Shown piece after piece: positions 12,101 to 26,244 of a stretch of DNA of 64,000 bases; within the stretch, counting starts at the first letter, position 1, and the number at the start of each line of letters is the position of its first letter. The stretch spans positions 8,352,001-8,416,000 of the forward strand of contig CP068257.2 of NCBI GenBank assembly GCA_009914755.4, in the 5' to 3' direction. The position numbers and the translations under genes were made by a program. Source of the stretch: the human T2T-CHM13v2.0 reference genome, Homo sapiens. The notes below the pieces were generated by a model that had not been told where the DNA came from, searched no databases, and saw nothing but the letters and a program-made list of their open reading frames with translations.

Positions 12101-15100
12101 AACGCTTTGGAGAGAATGGTGGAAATGGAAATATCTTCATATAAAAACTATGGAGAAGCATTCTGAGAAACGTCTTTGTGATGTGTGCATCCAACTCACA
12201 GAGTTGAACCTTTCTTTTGATTGAGCAGTTTTGAATCCCTCTTTTTGTAGAATCTGCAAGTGGATATTTGGAGTGTTTTGGGGCCTATGGTAAAAAGGAA
12301 ATATCTGCACATTAAAACTATACAAAAGCACTCTGAGAAACTTCTATGTGATGTGTGCATACAATTCACAGTGTTGAATATTTCTTTTGATTGTGCAGTT
12401 TTGAAACACTCTTTTTGTAGAATCTGCAAGTAGATATTCGGAGGGCTTCACAGAGTATAGTGGAAAAGGAAATAACTTTGCATAAAAGCTACACAGAAGC
12501 ATTCTGATAAATTTCTTTCTGATGTGTGCATTCAACTCACAGAATTGAACCTTTCTTTTGATTGAGCAGTTTTGAAACACTATTTTTGTAAAATCTGCAA
12601 GTGTATATTTGGTGCAATTTGCATCCAATGGTGGAAAAGCAAATATCTTCACATAAAAACTAGACAGAAGCATTCTGAGAATCTTCTTTGTGACGTGTGC
12701 ATTCACCTCACAGAGTTGTAACTTTTTTTATTGAGGACTTTTGACACACTCTTTTTGTAGAATCTACAAGTGGGTGTTTGGAGCACTTTGTGGCCTATAG
12801 TGGAAAAGGATGTATATTCACATAAAAACTAGACAGAAGCATTCTGAAAAACATCTTTGTGATGTGTGCATTCATCTCAAAGAGTTCAACCTTTCTTTTG
12901 ATTGAGCACTTTTGAAATACTTTTTGGAGAATCTGTAAGTGGATATTTGGAGGGCTTTGGGTCCTATGGTGGTAAAGGAAACATCTTCACATAAAAACTA
13001 CACAGAAGCATTCTGAAATACCTCTTTGTGATGCTTGCATTCATCTCACATAGTTGAACCATTCTTTTTATTGAGCAGTTTTGAAACAATCTCCTTGTAG
13101 AATGTGCAAGTGGATATTTGGAATGCTTTGATGAGTATGGTGGAAAATGAAAAATCTTCACATAAAAACTAGACAGAATTACTCTGAGAAACTTCTTTGT
13201 GATGTGCACATTCATCTCACAAATTTGAAAATTTCTTTTGATTGAGCAGTTTTGAAACGCTCTTTTTCTAGAATCTGCCAGTGGTTATTTGGAGTGCTTT
13301 GAGTCCTATGGTGGAGAAGGAAATATCCTCACATAAAAACTAGAGAGAAGCATTCTCAGAAACTTCTTTGTGATGTGTGCATACATCTCACAGAGTTGAA
13401 ACTTTCTATTGATTTAGCATTTTTTATACACTTTTTGAAGGATCTGCAGTTGTTATTTGGAGCCCTTTGGGGCCAATGGTGGAAAAGTATTATCTTCTCA
13501 TAAAAACTAGACAGAAGCATTTTGAGAAACTTCTCTGTGATGTGTTCATTCATCTCACAGATTTGAACCATTCTTTTGATTCAGCAGTTTTGAAACACTC
13601 TTCGTAGAATCTGCAAGTGCATATTTAGATCGCTTTGAGAAGTGTGGTGGAAAAGGAAATATCTTCACATAAACACTAGACAGAAGCATTCTGAGAAACG
13701 TCTTTGTGATGTGTCCATTCATTTCACAGAGTTGAAACTTTCTTTTCATTGAGCAGTTTTGAAACACTCTTTTTATAGAATCTGCAAGTGGATATTTGGA
13801 GCGCTTTGGAGGAATTGTGGAAATGGAAATATCTTCATATAAAAACTACGGACAAGCATTCTGAGAAACGGCATTGTTATGTGAGCCTTCAGCTCACAGA
13901 GTTGAACCTTTCTTTTGATTGAGCAGTTTTGAATCCCTCTTTTTGTATAATCTGCAAGTGGATATTTGGAGAGCTTTAGGGCCTATGGTGGAAAAGGAAA
14001 TATCTTCACATAAAAACTACACAAAAGCATTCTGAGAAACTTCTTTCTGATGTGTGCATACAACTCCCAGAGTTGAATCTTTCTTTTGATTGTGCAATTT
14101 TGAAACACTTCTTTTGTAGAATCTGCAAGTGGATATTCGGAGGGCTTTGCCGAGTATAGTGGAAAAGGAAATAACTTTGGATAAAAGGTAGACAGAAGCA
14201 TTCTGAGAAACTTCTTTGTGATGTGTACATTCAACGTACAGAGTTGAACCTTTCTTTAGATTGGGCAGTTTTCAAACACTATTTTTGTAATATCTGCAAG
14301 TGGATATTTGGTGACCATTGCAGCCTATGGTGGAAAGGCAAATATCTTCACATAAAAACTATACAGAGGCATTCTGAGAATCTTCTTTGTGATGTGTGCA
14401 TTCTTCTCACACAGTTCAACTTTTCTTTTGATTCAGCAGTTTGGAAACAGTATTTTTCTACAATCTGCAAAGGGATACTTCTTAGCCGATTTAGGCCTAT
14501 GGTGAATTAGGAAATATCTTCACATAAAAAATAAACAGAAGCTTTCTGAGAAACTTCTTTGGGATGTGTGTTTTCATCTCACAGAGATGAAACTTTCTTT
14601 TGATTGAGCAGTTTCGAAACTCTCTTTTTGTAGGATCTGCAAATGGATATTTGGAGCGCTTTGAGGCCTGTGGTGAAAAAGGAAATATCTTCACATAACA
14701 ACCAGACAGAAGCATTCTGGAAACATTTTTGTGATGTGTGCATTCATCTCACAGAGTTGAACCTTTCTTTTGATTGAGCAGTTTGGAAACAGTCTTTTAT
14801 AGTATCTGCAGAGAGATATTTGTGAGCATTTTGAGGACTTTTGTGAGAAAGGAAATATCTTCATATAAAACCTAGTCAGAAGATTCTGAGAAACTTCTTT
14901 GTGATGTGTGCATTCAACTGATAGAGTTGAAACTTTGTTTTGATTGAGCAGTTTGTAAACAGTCCTTTTGTAGGATCTGCAAAGGGATAGTTCTGGGCCC
15001 ATTGAGACCTATGGTGAAAGAAGAAATATCTTCACTTAAAAACTAGACAGAAGCATTCTGAGAAACTTCTTAGTGATGTGTGCTTTCATCTCACAGGTTT

Positions 15101-18100
15101 GAACTTTCTTTTGATTGAGCAGTTTGGAAACAGTGTTTTTGTAGAATCTGCAAAGGATATTTTGAGCACTTTGACGCCTATGGTGAAAAAGGACATATCT
15201 TCACATGAAATCTAAACAGAAGCTTTCTGAGAAACTTCTTTTTTATGAGTTCATACATCTCACAGAGGTGAAACTTTCTTTTCATTGAGCAGTTTGGAAA
15301 CAGTCTTTTTGTACAGTCTGCAAACAAAATTTCTGCGAAGTTGGAGGCCTATCGTGAAAAAGAAATATCTTCAGATAAAATGTAGACAGAAGTATTCTGA
15401 GAAAATTTTTTGTGATGTATCTATTCATCTCACAGATTTGAATTTTTCTTTTGATGGAGCAGTCTGGAAACAGTCTTTTTGTAGTATCTGCAGAGGGATG
15501 TGTGAAAGCAGTTTAAGGCCTGTGGTGAAAAAGGAAATATCTTCACATAAAAACTAGGTAGAAGCATTCTAAGAAACTTCTTTGTATTGTTTGCATTCAT
15601 CTCAAAGACTTGAACCTGTCTTTGGACTGAGCAGTTTGGAAACTGTCGTTTTGTAGAATCTGTGAAGGGATATTTCTGAGCCCATTGAGGCCTATGGATG
15701 AAATAGGAAATATCTTCACATAAAAACAAGACAGAGGATTTCTGAGAAACTTCTTTGTGATATGTGGTTTCATCTCACAGAGTTGAACCATTCTTTTGGT
15801 TGAGCAGTTAGGAAACAGTATTTTTGTGGGATCTGCAAAGGGATATTTCTGTTCCCATTGACGCCTATGGTGAAAAAGGACATATTTTCACATAAAAAGT
15901 AGACAGAAGCTTTCTGATAAACTTCTTAGTGATGTGTGCTTTCATGTCACAGATTTGAAACTTTCTTTTGATTGAGCAGTTTGGAAACAGTCTTTTTGTA
16001 GAATCTGCAAATGGATATTTGGAGTGCTTTGAGGCCTATGGTGAAAAAGGAAATACCTTCACATGAAATATAAACAGAAGCTTTCTGAGAAACTTCTTTT
16101 TGATGCGTGCATACATCTCACAGAGTTGAACGTTTCTTTTTATTGAGCAGTTTGGAAACAGTCTTTTTGTACAATCTGGAATGGGATATTTCTGAGAATT
16201 TGGAGGCCTATATCGAAAAAGAAATATCTTCACATAAAAACTAGACAGAAGTATTCTGAGAAACTTCTTTGAGATGTATCCTTTCATCTCACAGAGTTGA
16301 ACCTTACTTTTGATGGAGCAGTTTGGAGACAGTCTTTTTGTAGTATCTGCGGAGGGATATCTGAGAGCAGTTTAAGGCCTGTGGTGAAAAAGGAAATATC
16401 TTCACATAAAAACTAGGCAGAAGCATTCTGAGAAACTTCTTTGTGATGTATGCATTCAACTCAAAGAGGTGAAACTTTCTTTGGATTGAGCAGTTTGGAA
16501 ATAGTCCTTTTGCAGAATCTGCAAAGGGATATTTCTCAGTCTATTGAGGCCTATGGTGAAATAGGAAATAACTTCTCATAAAAACCAGGCAGAAGGTTTC
16601 TGAGAAACTTCTTTGAGATATGTGCTTTCATCTCACAGAGCTGAACCTTTCTTTTGGCTCAGAAGTTTGGAAACAGTCTTTGTGTAGAATCTGCAAAGCG
16701 CTATTTTTGAGCACCTTCTGGACTGTGGTGAAACAGAAAATATCTTCACATAAAAACTAGACAGAAGCTTTCTGAGAAACTTCTTTATGATGTGTTCTTT
16801 CATCTCACAGAGTTGTAACTTTCCTTTGATTGAGCAGTTTGGAAACACTCTTTATGGGGAATCTGCAAGTGGATATTTGGAGTCCTTTGTGGCCTATAGT
16901 GGAAAACGAAATATCTTCACATAAAAACTAGACAGAATCATTCTGAGAAACTTCTTTGTGATGTGCACATTCATCACAAAGAGTTGAACATTTCTTTCGA
17001 TTCAGCAGTTTGGAAACAGTCCTTTCGTAGAATCTGTGAAGGGATATTTCTCAGCCCATTGACGCCTATGGATGAAATAGGAAACATTCTCACATAAAAA
17101 CTAGACAGAAAATTTCTGAGAAACTTCCTTATGATATGTGGTTTCATCTCACAGAGTTGAACCATTCTTTTGGTTGAGCAGTTTGGAAACACATTTTTTG
17201 TAGAATCTGCAAGTGGATATTTGGAGCACATTGAGGCCTATGGTGGAAAACGGAATATTTTCACATAAAAATTAGACAGAAGCATTCTGAGAAACTACTT
17301 TGTGATGTGTGCATTCAACCCACAGAGTTCAACCTTTCTTTTGATTCAGCAGTTTTGAAACACTCTTTTTGTAAAATCTGACAGTGGATTTTTGGAGCGC
17401 TTTGAGGCCTACAGTGGAAAAGGAAATATCTTCACATAAATAGTACACAGAAGCATTCTGAGAAACTTCTTTGTGATGTGTGCATTTAACTCAAAGAGTG
17501 CAGTCCTTCTTTAGATTGAGCAGTTTTGAAAGACTCCTTTTGCAGAATCTGCAAGTGGATGTTTGGAGCGCTATGTGGCCTTAAGTGGAAAAGGCAATAT
17601 CTTCACATAAAAACTAGACAACAGCATTCTGAGAAACTTCTTTGTCATGTGTGCATTCATCTCACAGAGTTGAAGCTTTCTTTTGATTGAGCAGTTTTGA
17701 AACACTCTTTTTGTAGAATCTCCAATTGGATACTTGGAGCGTTTTGAGGCTTATGGTAGAAAAGTAAATATTTTCACGTGAAAACTACACAGAAGCATTC
17801 TGAGAAATTGGTTTGTGATGTGTGCATTCAACACACAGAGTTGAACCTTTCTTTTGATTGAGTAGTTTTGAAACACACTTTTTTTTAGGATCTGCAAGTG
17901 GATATTTGGAGTGCTTTGTGGCCTAATGAGGAAAAGGATATATTTTCACATAAAAACTACGGAGAAGCATTCTGAGAAACTTCTTTGTGATGTGTGCATT
18001 CATCTCACAGAGTTCAACCTTTCTTTTGATTGAGCAGTTTTCAACCACTCTTTTTGTAGAGTGTGCAAGTGGATATTTGGAGCACTTTGAGGCTTATGGT

Positions 18101-21100
18101 GGGAAAGGAAATATCTTCACATAAAAACTACAGCGAAGCATTCTGACAAAGTTCTTTGTGTTGTGTGTGTTCAACTCACAGAGTTGAGTCTTTCTTTTGA
18201 TTGAGCAGTTTTGAAACACACTTTTTTTAGAATCTGCAAGTGGATATTTCGAGTGCTTTGCAGCCTCTGTTGGAAAAGGAAATATCTTCACATAAACTAG
18301 ACAGAAGCAATCTGAGAAACTTCTTTGTGATGTGTGCATTCATCTCACAGAGTTGAAACTTTCTTTTGATTGTGAAGTTTTCAAACACTCTTTTTGTAGA
18401 ATCTGCAAGTGGATATTTGGAGGTCTTTGTGACCTACAGGGGAAAAAGAAATATCTTCACATAAAAACTAGACAGAAGCATTCTGAGAAACATCTTTGTG
18501 ATATGTGCATTCATCTCACAGAGTTGAAATTTTCTTTTTATTGACCAGTTTTGAAACGCTCTTTTTGTACAGTCTGCAAGTGGATAATCATAGTGCTTTG
18601 AGGCCTATGGTGGAAAATGAAATATTTTCACAATAAAATTAGACAGAAGCGTTCTGTGATACTTCTTTGTGATATGTGCATTCATCTCACAGAGTTGAAC
18701 CATTCTTTTGATTGAGTAGTTTTGAAATACTCTTTTTGTAGAATCTGCAAGTGGATATTAGGAGCACTTTGTGGCCTATGGCGGAAAAGGAAATATCTTC
18801 ACATAAAAACTAAAGAGAAGCATTCTTAGCTACTTTGTTTTGTGTGCATTCATCTCACAGAGTTAAACCATTCTTTTGATAGAGCAGTTTTGAATGTCTC
18901 TTTTTGTAGAATCTGCAAATGGATATTGGGAGCGCTTTGAGGCCTATGGTGGAAAAGGAAATATCTTCACATAAAAACTACAGAGAAGCATTCTGAGAAA
19001 CTTCTTTGTGATGTGTGCATTCAATTCACAGTGTTCAACCTTTCTTTTGATTGAGCAGTTTTGAAACACTCTTTTTGTAAAATCTGCCAGTGGATATTTG
19101 GAGCGCTTTGAGGCCTATACTGGAAAAGGAAATATCTTCACATAAAGAGTAGACAGAAGCATTCTGAGAAACTTCTTTGTGACGTGTGCATTCACCTCAC
19201 AGAATGGAACCCTTCTTTTGATAGAGCAGTTTTGAAGGACTCCTTTTGTGGAACCTGCAATTGGATATTTGGAGTGCTATGTGACCTTAAGTGGAAAAGG
19301 CAATATCTTCACATAAAAACTAGACAGAAGCATTCTGAGACATTTCTTTGTGATGTGTGCATTCATCTCTCAGAGTTGAAGCTTTCTTTTGATTGAGAAG
19401 TTTTGAAACACTCTTTTTGTATAATCTGCAAGTGGATATTTGGAGCACTTTGCGTTCTATAGTGGAAAAGGAAATATCTTCACATACATATTTGTCAGAA
19501 GCATTCTGAGAAACTTCTTCTTCATGTGTGCATTCATCTAACAGAGTTGAATCTTTCTTTAGATTGAGCAGTTTTGAAACACTCTTTTTGTAGTATCTGC
19601 AAAGGGATACCTGGAGAGGTTTGAGGTCTATGGTGTAAAAGGAAATATCTTCACCTAAAAACTAGAGAGAAGCATTCTGAAAAACTTCTTTGTGGTGTGT
19701 GCATTCATATCACTGTCTTGATCCATTCTTTTGACTGAACAGTTTTGAAACACTCTTTGTGTAGAATCTGCAAGTGGATATTTGGAGCCCTTTGGGGCCT
19801 ATTGTGGAAAAGGAAATGTCTTCAAATAAAGACTAGACAGAAGCATACTGAGAAACTTCTTTGTGATGTGTGCCTTCATCTCACTGAGCTGAAACTTTCT
19901 TTTGATTGAGCAGTTTTGAAACACTGTTTTTATAGAGTGTGCTAGTGGATATTTGGAGCGCTCTGATGCTTATGGTGGAAAAGCAAACATCTTCACATAA
20001 AAACTACAGAGAAGCATTCTGACAAAGTTCTTTGTGCTGTGTGCGTTCAACTCACAGAGTTGAAACTTTCTTTGATTGAGCAGTTCTGAAACACTCTTTC
20101 TGTAGAATCTGCAAGTGAATATTTGGAGCACTGTATGGCCTCTGGTGAAAAAGGAAATATCTTCACATAAAATCTAGACAGAAGCATTCTGAGAAATTTC
20201 TTCATGATGCGTGCTTTCATCTCACAGAGTTGAACCTTTCTTTTGATTGAGCAGTTTTGAAACACTCTTTTTGTAGAGTCTGCAAGTGGATATGTGGATC
20301 ACTTTGAGGCCATGATAGAAAAGGAAATATCTTCACATAAGAACTAGACAGAATCATTCTAAGATACTTCTTTGTGATGTGTACATTCAACTCACAGAGT
20401 TGAACATTTCTTTTGATTGAGCAGTTTTGAAACACTCTTTTTGTAGAATCAGCAGTTGGATATTTAGAGCGCTTTGAGGCCTATGGTGGAAAAAGAAATA
20501 TCTTCACATAAAAACTAGACAGAAGCATTCTGAGAAACTTTTTTGTGATGTGTGCATTCAACTCACCAAGTTGAACATGTCTTTTTATTGAGCAGTTTGG
20601 ATACATTCTTTTCGTACCATCTTCAAATTTGTATTTGGACAGCTTTGAGGCCTAAAGTGGAAAAGGAAATATCTGCACATAAAAACTAGACAGAAGCATT
20701 TGGAAAAACTTCTTTGTGATGCGTGCATTCATCTCACAGAGTTGAACCATTCTTTTCATTGAGCAGTTTTGAAGCACTCTTTGTAGAATCTGCAAGTGGA
20801 TATTTCGATCTCTTTGAGGCATACAGTGGAAAAGAATATATCTTCCCTTAAAAACTAGCCAGAAGCATTCTGAGAAAGTTCTTTGTGATGCGTGTATTCA
20901 ACTCACAGAGTTCAACCTTTATTCTGATTGGGCAGTTTTGAAACACACTTTTTGTAGAATCTGCAATTGGATATTTGGATCGCTTTGCAGCCTCTTGTGG
21001 AAAAGGAAATATCTTCATATAAAAACTACAGGGAATCATTTTGAGAAACTTCTTTGTGATGTGTGCTTTCAGCTCGCAGAGTTGAAACTTTCTTTTGATT

Positions 21101-24100
21101 GTGAAGTTTTGAAACACTCTTTTTGTAGAATCTGCAAGTGGATATTTAGAGTGCTTTGACGCCTATGGTGGAAAAGGAAATATCTGCACATGAAAACTAG
21201 AGAGAAGCATGCTGAGAAACTTCTTTGTGTTGTGTGCATTCATCTCACAGAGTTGAACTTACTTTTTGTTGAGCAGTTTGGAAACACTCTTTTTGTAGAG
21301 TCTGTCATTGGATATTTGGAGCGCTGTGAATCCTATGGTGGAAAAGGACATATCTTCACATAAGAACTATAAAGCAGGTTTTCTAAAAACAACCTTGTAA
21401 TGTGTGCATTCATCTCACAGAGGTAAGTGTTTCTTTTCTCCTATCAGTCTGGAAACTCTGTTCTTGTACAATCTCAAAGGGGGTATTTTTGAGCACTTTG
21501 AGGCCTATTGTGACAAAGGAAATATCTTCACATTCAAAGTATAAAGAAAGTTTCTGAGATACTTCTTTGTGATATGTGTATTCATCTCACAGATTTGAAC
21601 GTCTCTTTTAATTTAGCCCTTTGGAAACAGTCTTTTTGAAGAATCTGCAAACGGATATATGTGAGCACTTTGAGGCCTATGCAGGAAAAGAAGTATCTTC
21701 ACAGAAAACTATAAAGTAGGTTTCTGAGAAACTGTTTTTTGATGTCTGCATTCATTTCACAGAGGTAAACAATTATTTTCTTTGATCAGTTGGGAAACTC
21801 TGTTCTTGTAGGATCTGCTAAGGGACATGTTTGAGTGCCTAGAGCCCTATTGTGAAAAAGATATTGTCTTCACATAAAAACTAGACAGAATTCTACTGAG
21901 AAACTGCTTGGTGATGTGCGCATTCATCTCACAGAATTGTAACTTTCCTTTGATTAATCAGTTTAGAAACGTCTTTTTGTGGAATCGGTAAAGGGATATT
22001 TCTGATCACTTTGAGGCCTATGGTGAAACAGAAAGTATCTTCACATAAAAACTAGACTAAAGATTTCTGAGAAACTGCTTTGTGATGTATGCATTCATCT
22101 CACAGAGTTCAACAATTCTTTTGATGGAGCAGTTGGGAAACCACCTTTTTGTAGAATCTGCAAAGGGATATTTGTGAGCACTTTGAGGTCTATGGTTAAA
22201 AGGAAATATCTTCACATAAAAACTATAAAGAAGGTTTGTGAGAAACTTCTTTATGATGTGTGCATTCATCTCACAGAGTTGAACCATTCCTTTGACTCAG
22301 TGGTTTGGAAACAGTCTTTTTTAGGATCTGCAAAGGGATATTTTTGAGCATTTTAAGGCCCATGGTGAAAAAGGAAACACTTTGACATAAAAACAAGATA
22401 GAAGCTTTCTGAGAATCATCTTTTTGATATTTGCATTTATCCCACAGAGGTGAACCTTTCTTTTGGTGAGCATTTTGGAAGCAGTTTTTGGTAGAATTTC
22501 CAAAGGGTTATTAGTTAGTGTTTTGTGTCCTAAGTTGGAAAATGAATTTTTTTACATAAAAACTAGACAGAATAATTCTGAGAAACTGCCTTGTGATGTG
22601 TGCTTTCATCTCACAGAGGTAACCATTTCTTTTCATTGAACAGATTGGAAATTCTGTTCTTGTAAAATCTGCAAAGAGATACTTGTCAGCACTTTGAGGC
22701 CTATGGTTAAAAGGGAATTATCTTCACATAAAAACTAGACGGAAGCTTTCTGTGAAACATCTTGGAGATATGAGAATTCATCTCACAGAGTTGAAACATT
22801 CTTTTGATTGGGCAGTTTGTAAACAGTGTTTTGGTAGAATCTGCAAATTGATATTTGTGATGCTTTGAAGCCTATGGTGAAAACGAAATATTTTCACATG
22901 AAAACTAGAGAGAAGCTTTCTGAGAAACCTCCTTGTGATGTGTGCATTCATCTCACAGATTTGAAACTTTCTTTGTATTGAGCAATTTGGAAACAGTATT
23001 TTTGTAGAATCTGTAAGGGCATATTTTTGAGTGGTATGAGGCCTATGATGAAATAGGAAATATCTTCACATAAAAACTAGACAGAAACTTTCCGAGAAAC
23101 TTCTTTGTGATGTGTACATTCATCTCATAGAGTTCAACCATTCTTTTGATTGAACAGTTTGGAAACAGTCTTTTTGTAGAATCTGCAAAGGGATATTTAT
23201 GAGTGCTTTGAGGCCTATGGTTAAAAAGGAAATGTATTCACATAAAAAGTATAAACAAGGTTTCTCAGAAACAGCTTTATGATGTATGCATTCATCTCAC
23301 AGAAGTAAACGTTTCTTTTCTCTGATCTGTCTGGAAACTGTTCTTGTAGATTCTGCAAAGGGATAATTGTGAGTGCTTTGAGGCCTATGGTGATAAAGGA
23401 AATATCTTCACATAAAAATTAGAGAGAGGCTTTCTGAGAAACCTCTTTGTGATGTGGACATTCATCTCACAAAGTTGAAACTTACTTTTGATTGAGCAGT
23501 ATGGAAACTGTCTGTTTGTGGAATCTGCAAAGGGATATTTATGAGAGCTTTGAGGCCAATGGTGAAAAAGGAAATATATTCATATAAAAGGTATAAAGAA
23601 GGTTTCTTAGAAACAGCTTTGTGGTGTGTGCATTGATCTCAGAGAGGTAAACGTTTATTTTCTGTGATCAGTCGGAAAACTCTGTTCTTGCAGAATCTGC
23701 AAAGGGATATTTGTGAGTGCTTTGAGGCCTATGGTGAAAAAGAAACTATCTTCACATAAAAAACTAGACAGAAGCTTTCTTAGTGGCTTCTTTGTGATGT
23801 GTGCAATCATCTCACAGAGTTGAACCATTCTTTTCATTGAGCAGTCTGGAAAGAGTGTTTTTATAGAATCTGCAAGGGATATTTGTCACTACTTGGACTG
23901 CTATGGTGAAAAAGGAAATATCTTCACATAAAAAATGGACAGAAGATTTCTGAGAAACCTCTTTGAGATGTGTGCATCCATCTCACAGAGTTCAACCATT
24001 TATTTGATTGAGCAGTTGGGAAGCAGTCTTTTTGCAGAATCTACAAAGGGATATTCCTGAGCACTTTGAGGCCTGTGGTGGAAAAGGAAATATCTTCACA

Positions 24101-26243
24101 TAAAAACTAAAAAGAAGGTTTCTGAGAAACTTCTTTGTGATGTACGCATTCATCTCACAGAGTTGAACTATTCTTTTGATTGAGCACTTTGGAAACAATC
24201 TTTTTGTAGAATCTGCAAAGGGATATTTTTGAGCTCTTTGAGTCCTAGGGAGAAAAAAGAAATATCATCACATAAAAAGTATAAAGAAGGTTTCTGAGAA
24301 ACAGTTTTGTGATGTGTGCATTCATCTCACAGAGAAAAACGTTTGTTTTCTTTGATCAGTCTGGAAATTCTGTTCCTGTAGTATCTTCTAAGGGATAATT
24401 GTGAGCAGATGGAGGCCTATGGTGAAAAAGGAAATGTCTTCATATAAAAATTAGACAGAAGCCTCCTGCGAAACTTCTTAGTGATTTGTGGATTCATCTC
24501 AGAGTTGAAACTTTCTATTCATTGAGCCATTTGGAAACAGTCATTTTGTAGACTCTGCAAATGGATATTTGGAGCACTTTGAGGCCTATGGTGAAAAATG
24601 AAATATATTCACATAAAAACCAGACTGAAAGTTTCTGAGAAACTTCTTTGAGATGTGTGCATTCATCTCACAAAGTTCAATAATTCTTTTTATTGAGCGA
24701 TTTGGAACAATCTTTTTGTAGAATCTGCAAAGAGATATTTGTGAGGGCTTTGAGGCCTATGGTGAAAAATGAAATACCTTCACAGAAAAACTATAAGGAA
24801 GGTTTCTGAGAAACTTCTTTGTGATGTGTACATTCATCTCACACAGTTCAACCTTTCTTTTGATTGAGCAGTTTGGAAACAGTCTTTTTAAATATTCTTC
24901 AAGTGGATACTTGTGAGCACCTTGAGGCTCATGGGGATAAAGGAAACATTCACATAAAAAATTAATAGAAGCTTTCTGAGAAACCACTTTTTGACATGTG
25001 CATTCATCTCACAGAGTTGAACCTTTGTTTTTATTGAGCCGTTTGGAAACAGTCTTTTTGTAGACTCTGCAAATGGATATTTGGAGCACTTTGAGGCCTA
25101 TCATGAAAAAGGAAACATATTCACATAAAAACTACACTGAAGGATTCTGAGAAACTTCTTTGAGCTGTGTGCATTCATCTGACAGTGTTCAATAATTCTT
25201 TTTATTGAGCGGTTTGGAAACAGTCTTTTTGTAGAATCTGCAAAGGGATATTTGTGAGGTCTTTGAGGCCTATGTTGAAAAATGAAATATCTTCACAGAT
25301 AAACCATAAAGAAAGTTTCTGAGAAACTTCTTTGGATGTGTGCATTCATCACACAGAGTTGAAATATTCTTTTGATTGAGGAGTTTCCAAACAGTCTTTT
25401 TGTAGAATCTGCAGAGGGATATTTGTAGCACTTTGAGGCCTATGGTGAATAAGGAAATATATTCACATAAAAACTAGACAAAAGTTTTCCGAGAAACTTT
25501 TTTTGATGTGTGCATTTATCTCGTAGAGTTTAACATTTGTTTTGATTGAGCAGTTTGGAAACAGTCTTTTTGTAGAATCTGCAAAGGGATATTTAGGAGC
25601 AAGTTGAGGCCTATGGTGGAAAAGGAAATATCTTCACATAAAAACTAGAAAGAAGCATTCTGAGTAGCTGCTTTAAGATATGTGTACTCATCTCACAGAT
25701 GTAAACATTTCTTTTCATTGAGCAGTTTGTAAACTCTGTTATTCTAGAGTCTGCAAGGGATATTTTTGAATGCTTTGAGACCCACGTTGAAAAAGGAAGA
25801 ATCTTCACATAAAAACTAGTGAGAAGCTTGCTGAGAAACTACTTTCTGATGTGTTCAGTCATCTAACAGAGTTGAAACTTTCTTTTGATTGAGCAGTTTG
25901 GAAACAGTCTTTTTGTAGACTCTGCAAAGGTATATTTGGGAGTGCATTGAGGCCTATGTTCAGAAAGGAAATATCTTCAAATAAAACTCAGAAGGAAGTT
26001 TTCTGAGAAACTTCTTTGTGATGTACACATTCGTCTCACAGGGTTGAACCATTCTGTTTATTGAGCAGTTTGGAAACAATCTTTTTGTAGAATCTGCAAA
26101 GGGATATCTGTGAGTGCATTGAGGCATATGGTGAAAAAGGAAATCTCTTCACATTAAAAGTAGAAAGAAGTTTTCTGAGTAACTCATTTGTGACATGTGC
26201 ATTTATCACACAGAAGTAAAAATTTCTTCCCATTAAGCAGTTA
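9190..26243 (+). repeat. Alpha satellite in consensus orientation. Sub-blocks: 'ctgcaagtggatatttgg/ggtggaaaagg'-type monomers (9190-~14450 and ~17200-~21300) and 'ctgcaaagggatat.../ggtgaaaaagg'-type monomers (~14450-17200 and ~21300-26243)
   Basis: The monomers are tandem 171-bp units that carry diagnostic substitutions shared within each block. The pJalpha-type motif is retained in two variants, TTCCTTTTCCACCATAG and TTCCTTTTTCACCATAG. I found no CENP-B box. Confidence 0.95.
14465..17200 (+). repeat. Short divergent HOR-like periodicity of ~5 monomers (~860 bp) in alpha satellite
   Basis: The stretch 14975-15835 aligns to 15835-16690, five monomers each, at about 90% identity. In addition 14465-14975 resembles 15835-16345, and 15660 resembles 17035 at an offset of 8 monomers. 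Confidence 0.55.
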
Positions 26244-26244
26244 G
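26243..26244. other. Strand-switch (inversion) breakpoint between alpha-satellite blocks of opposite polarity
   Basis: To the left of the join the monomers read forward (...cacagaagtaaaaatttcttcccattaagcagtt). To the right they read as the reverse complement (agtttttatgtgaagatatttccgttttcaccatagacctcaaaccgcc...). The join links monomer position ~'gagcagtt' to the reverse complement of position ~'cataaaaact', so it is not a same-position hairpin. Confidence 0.9.
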
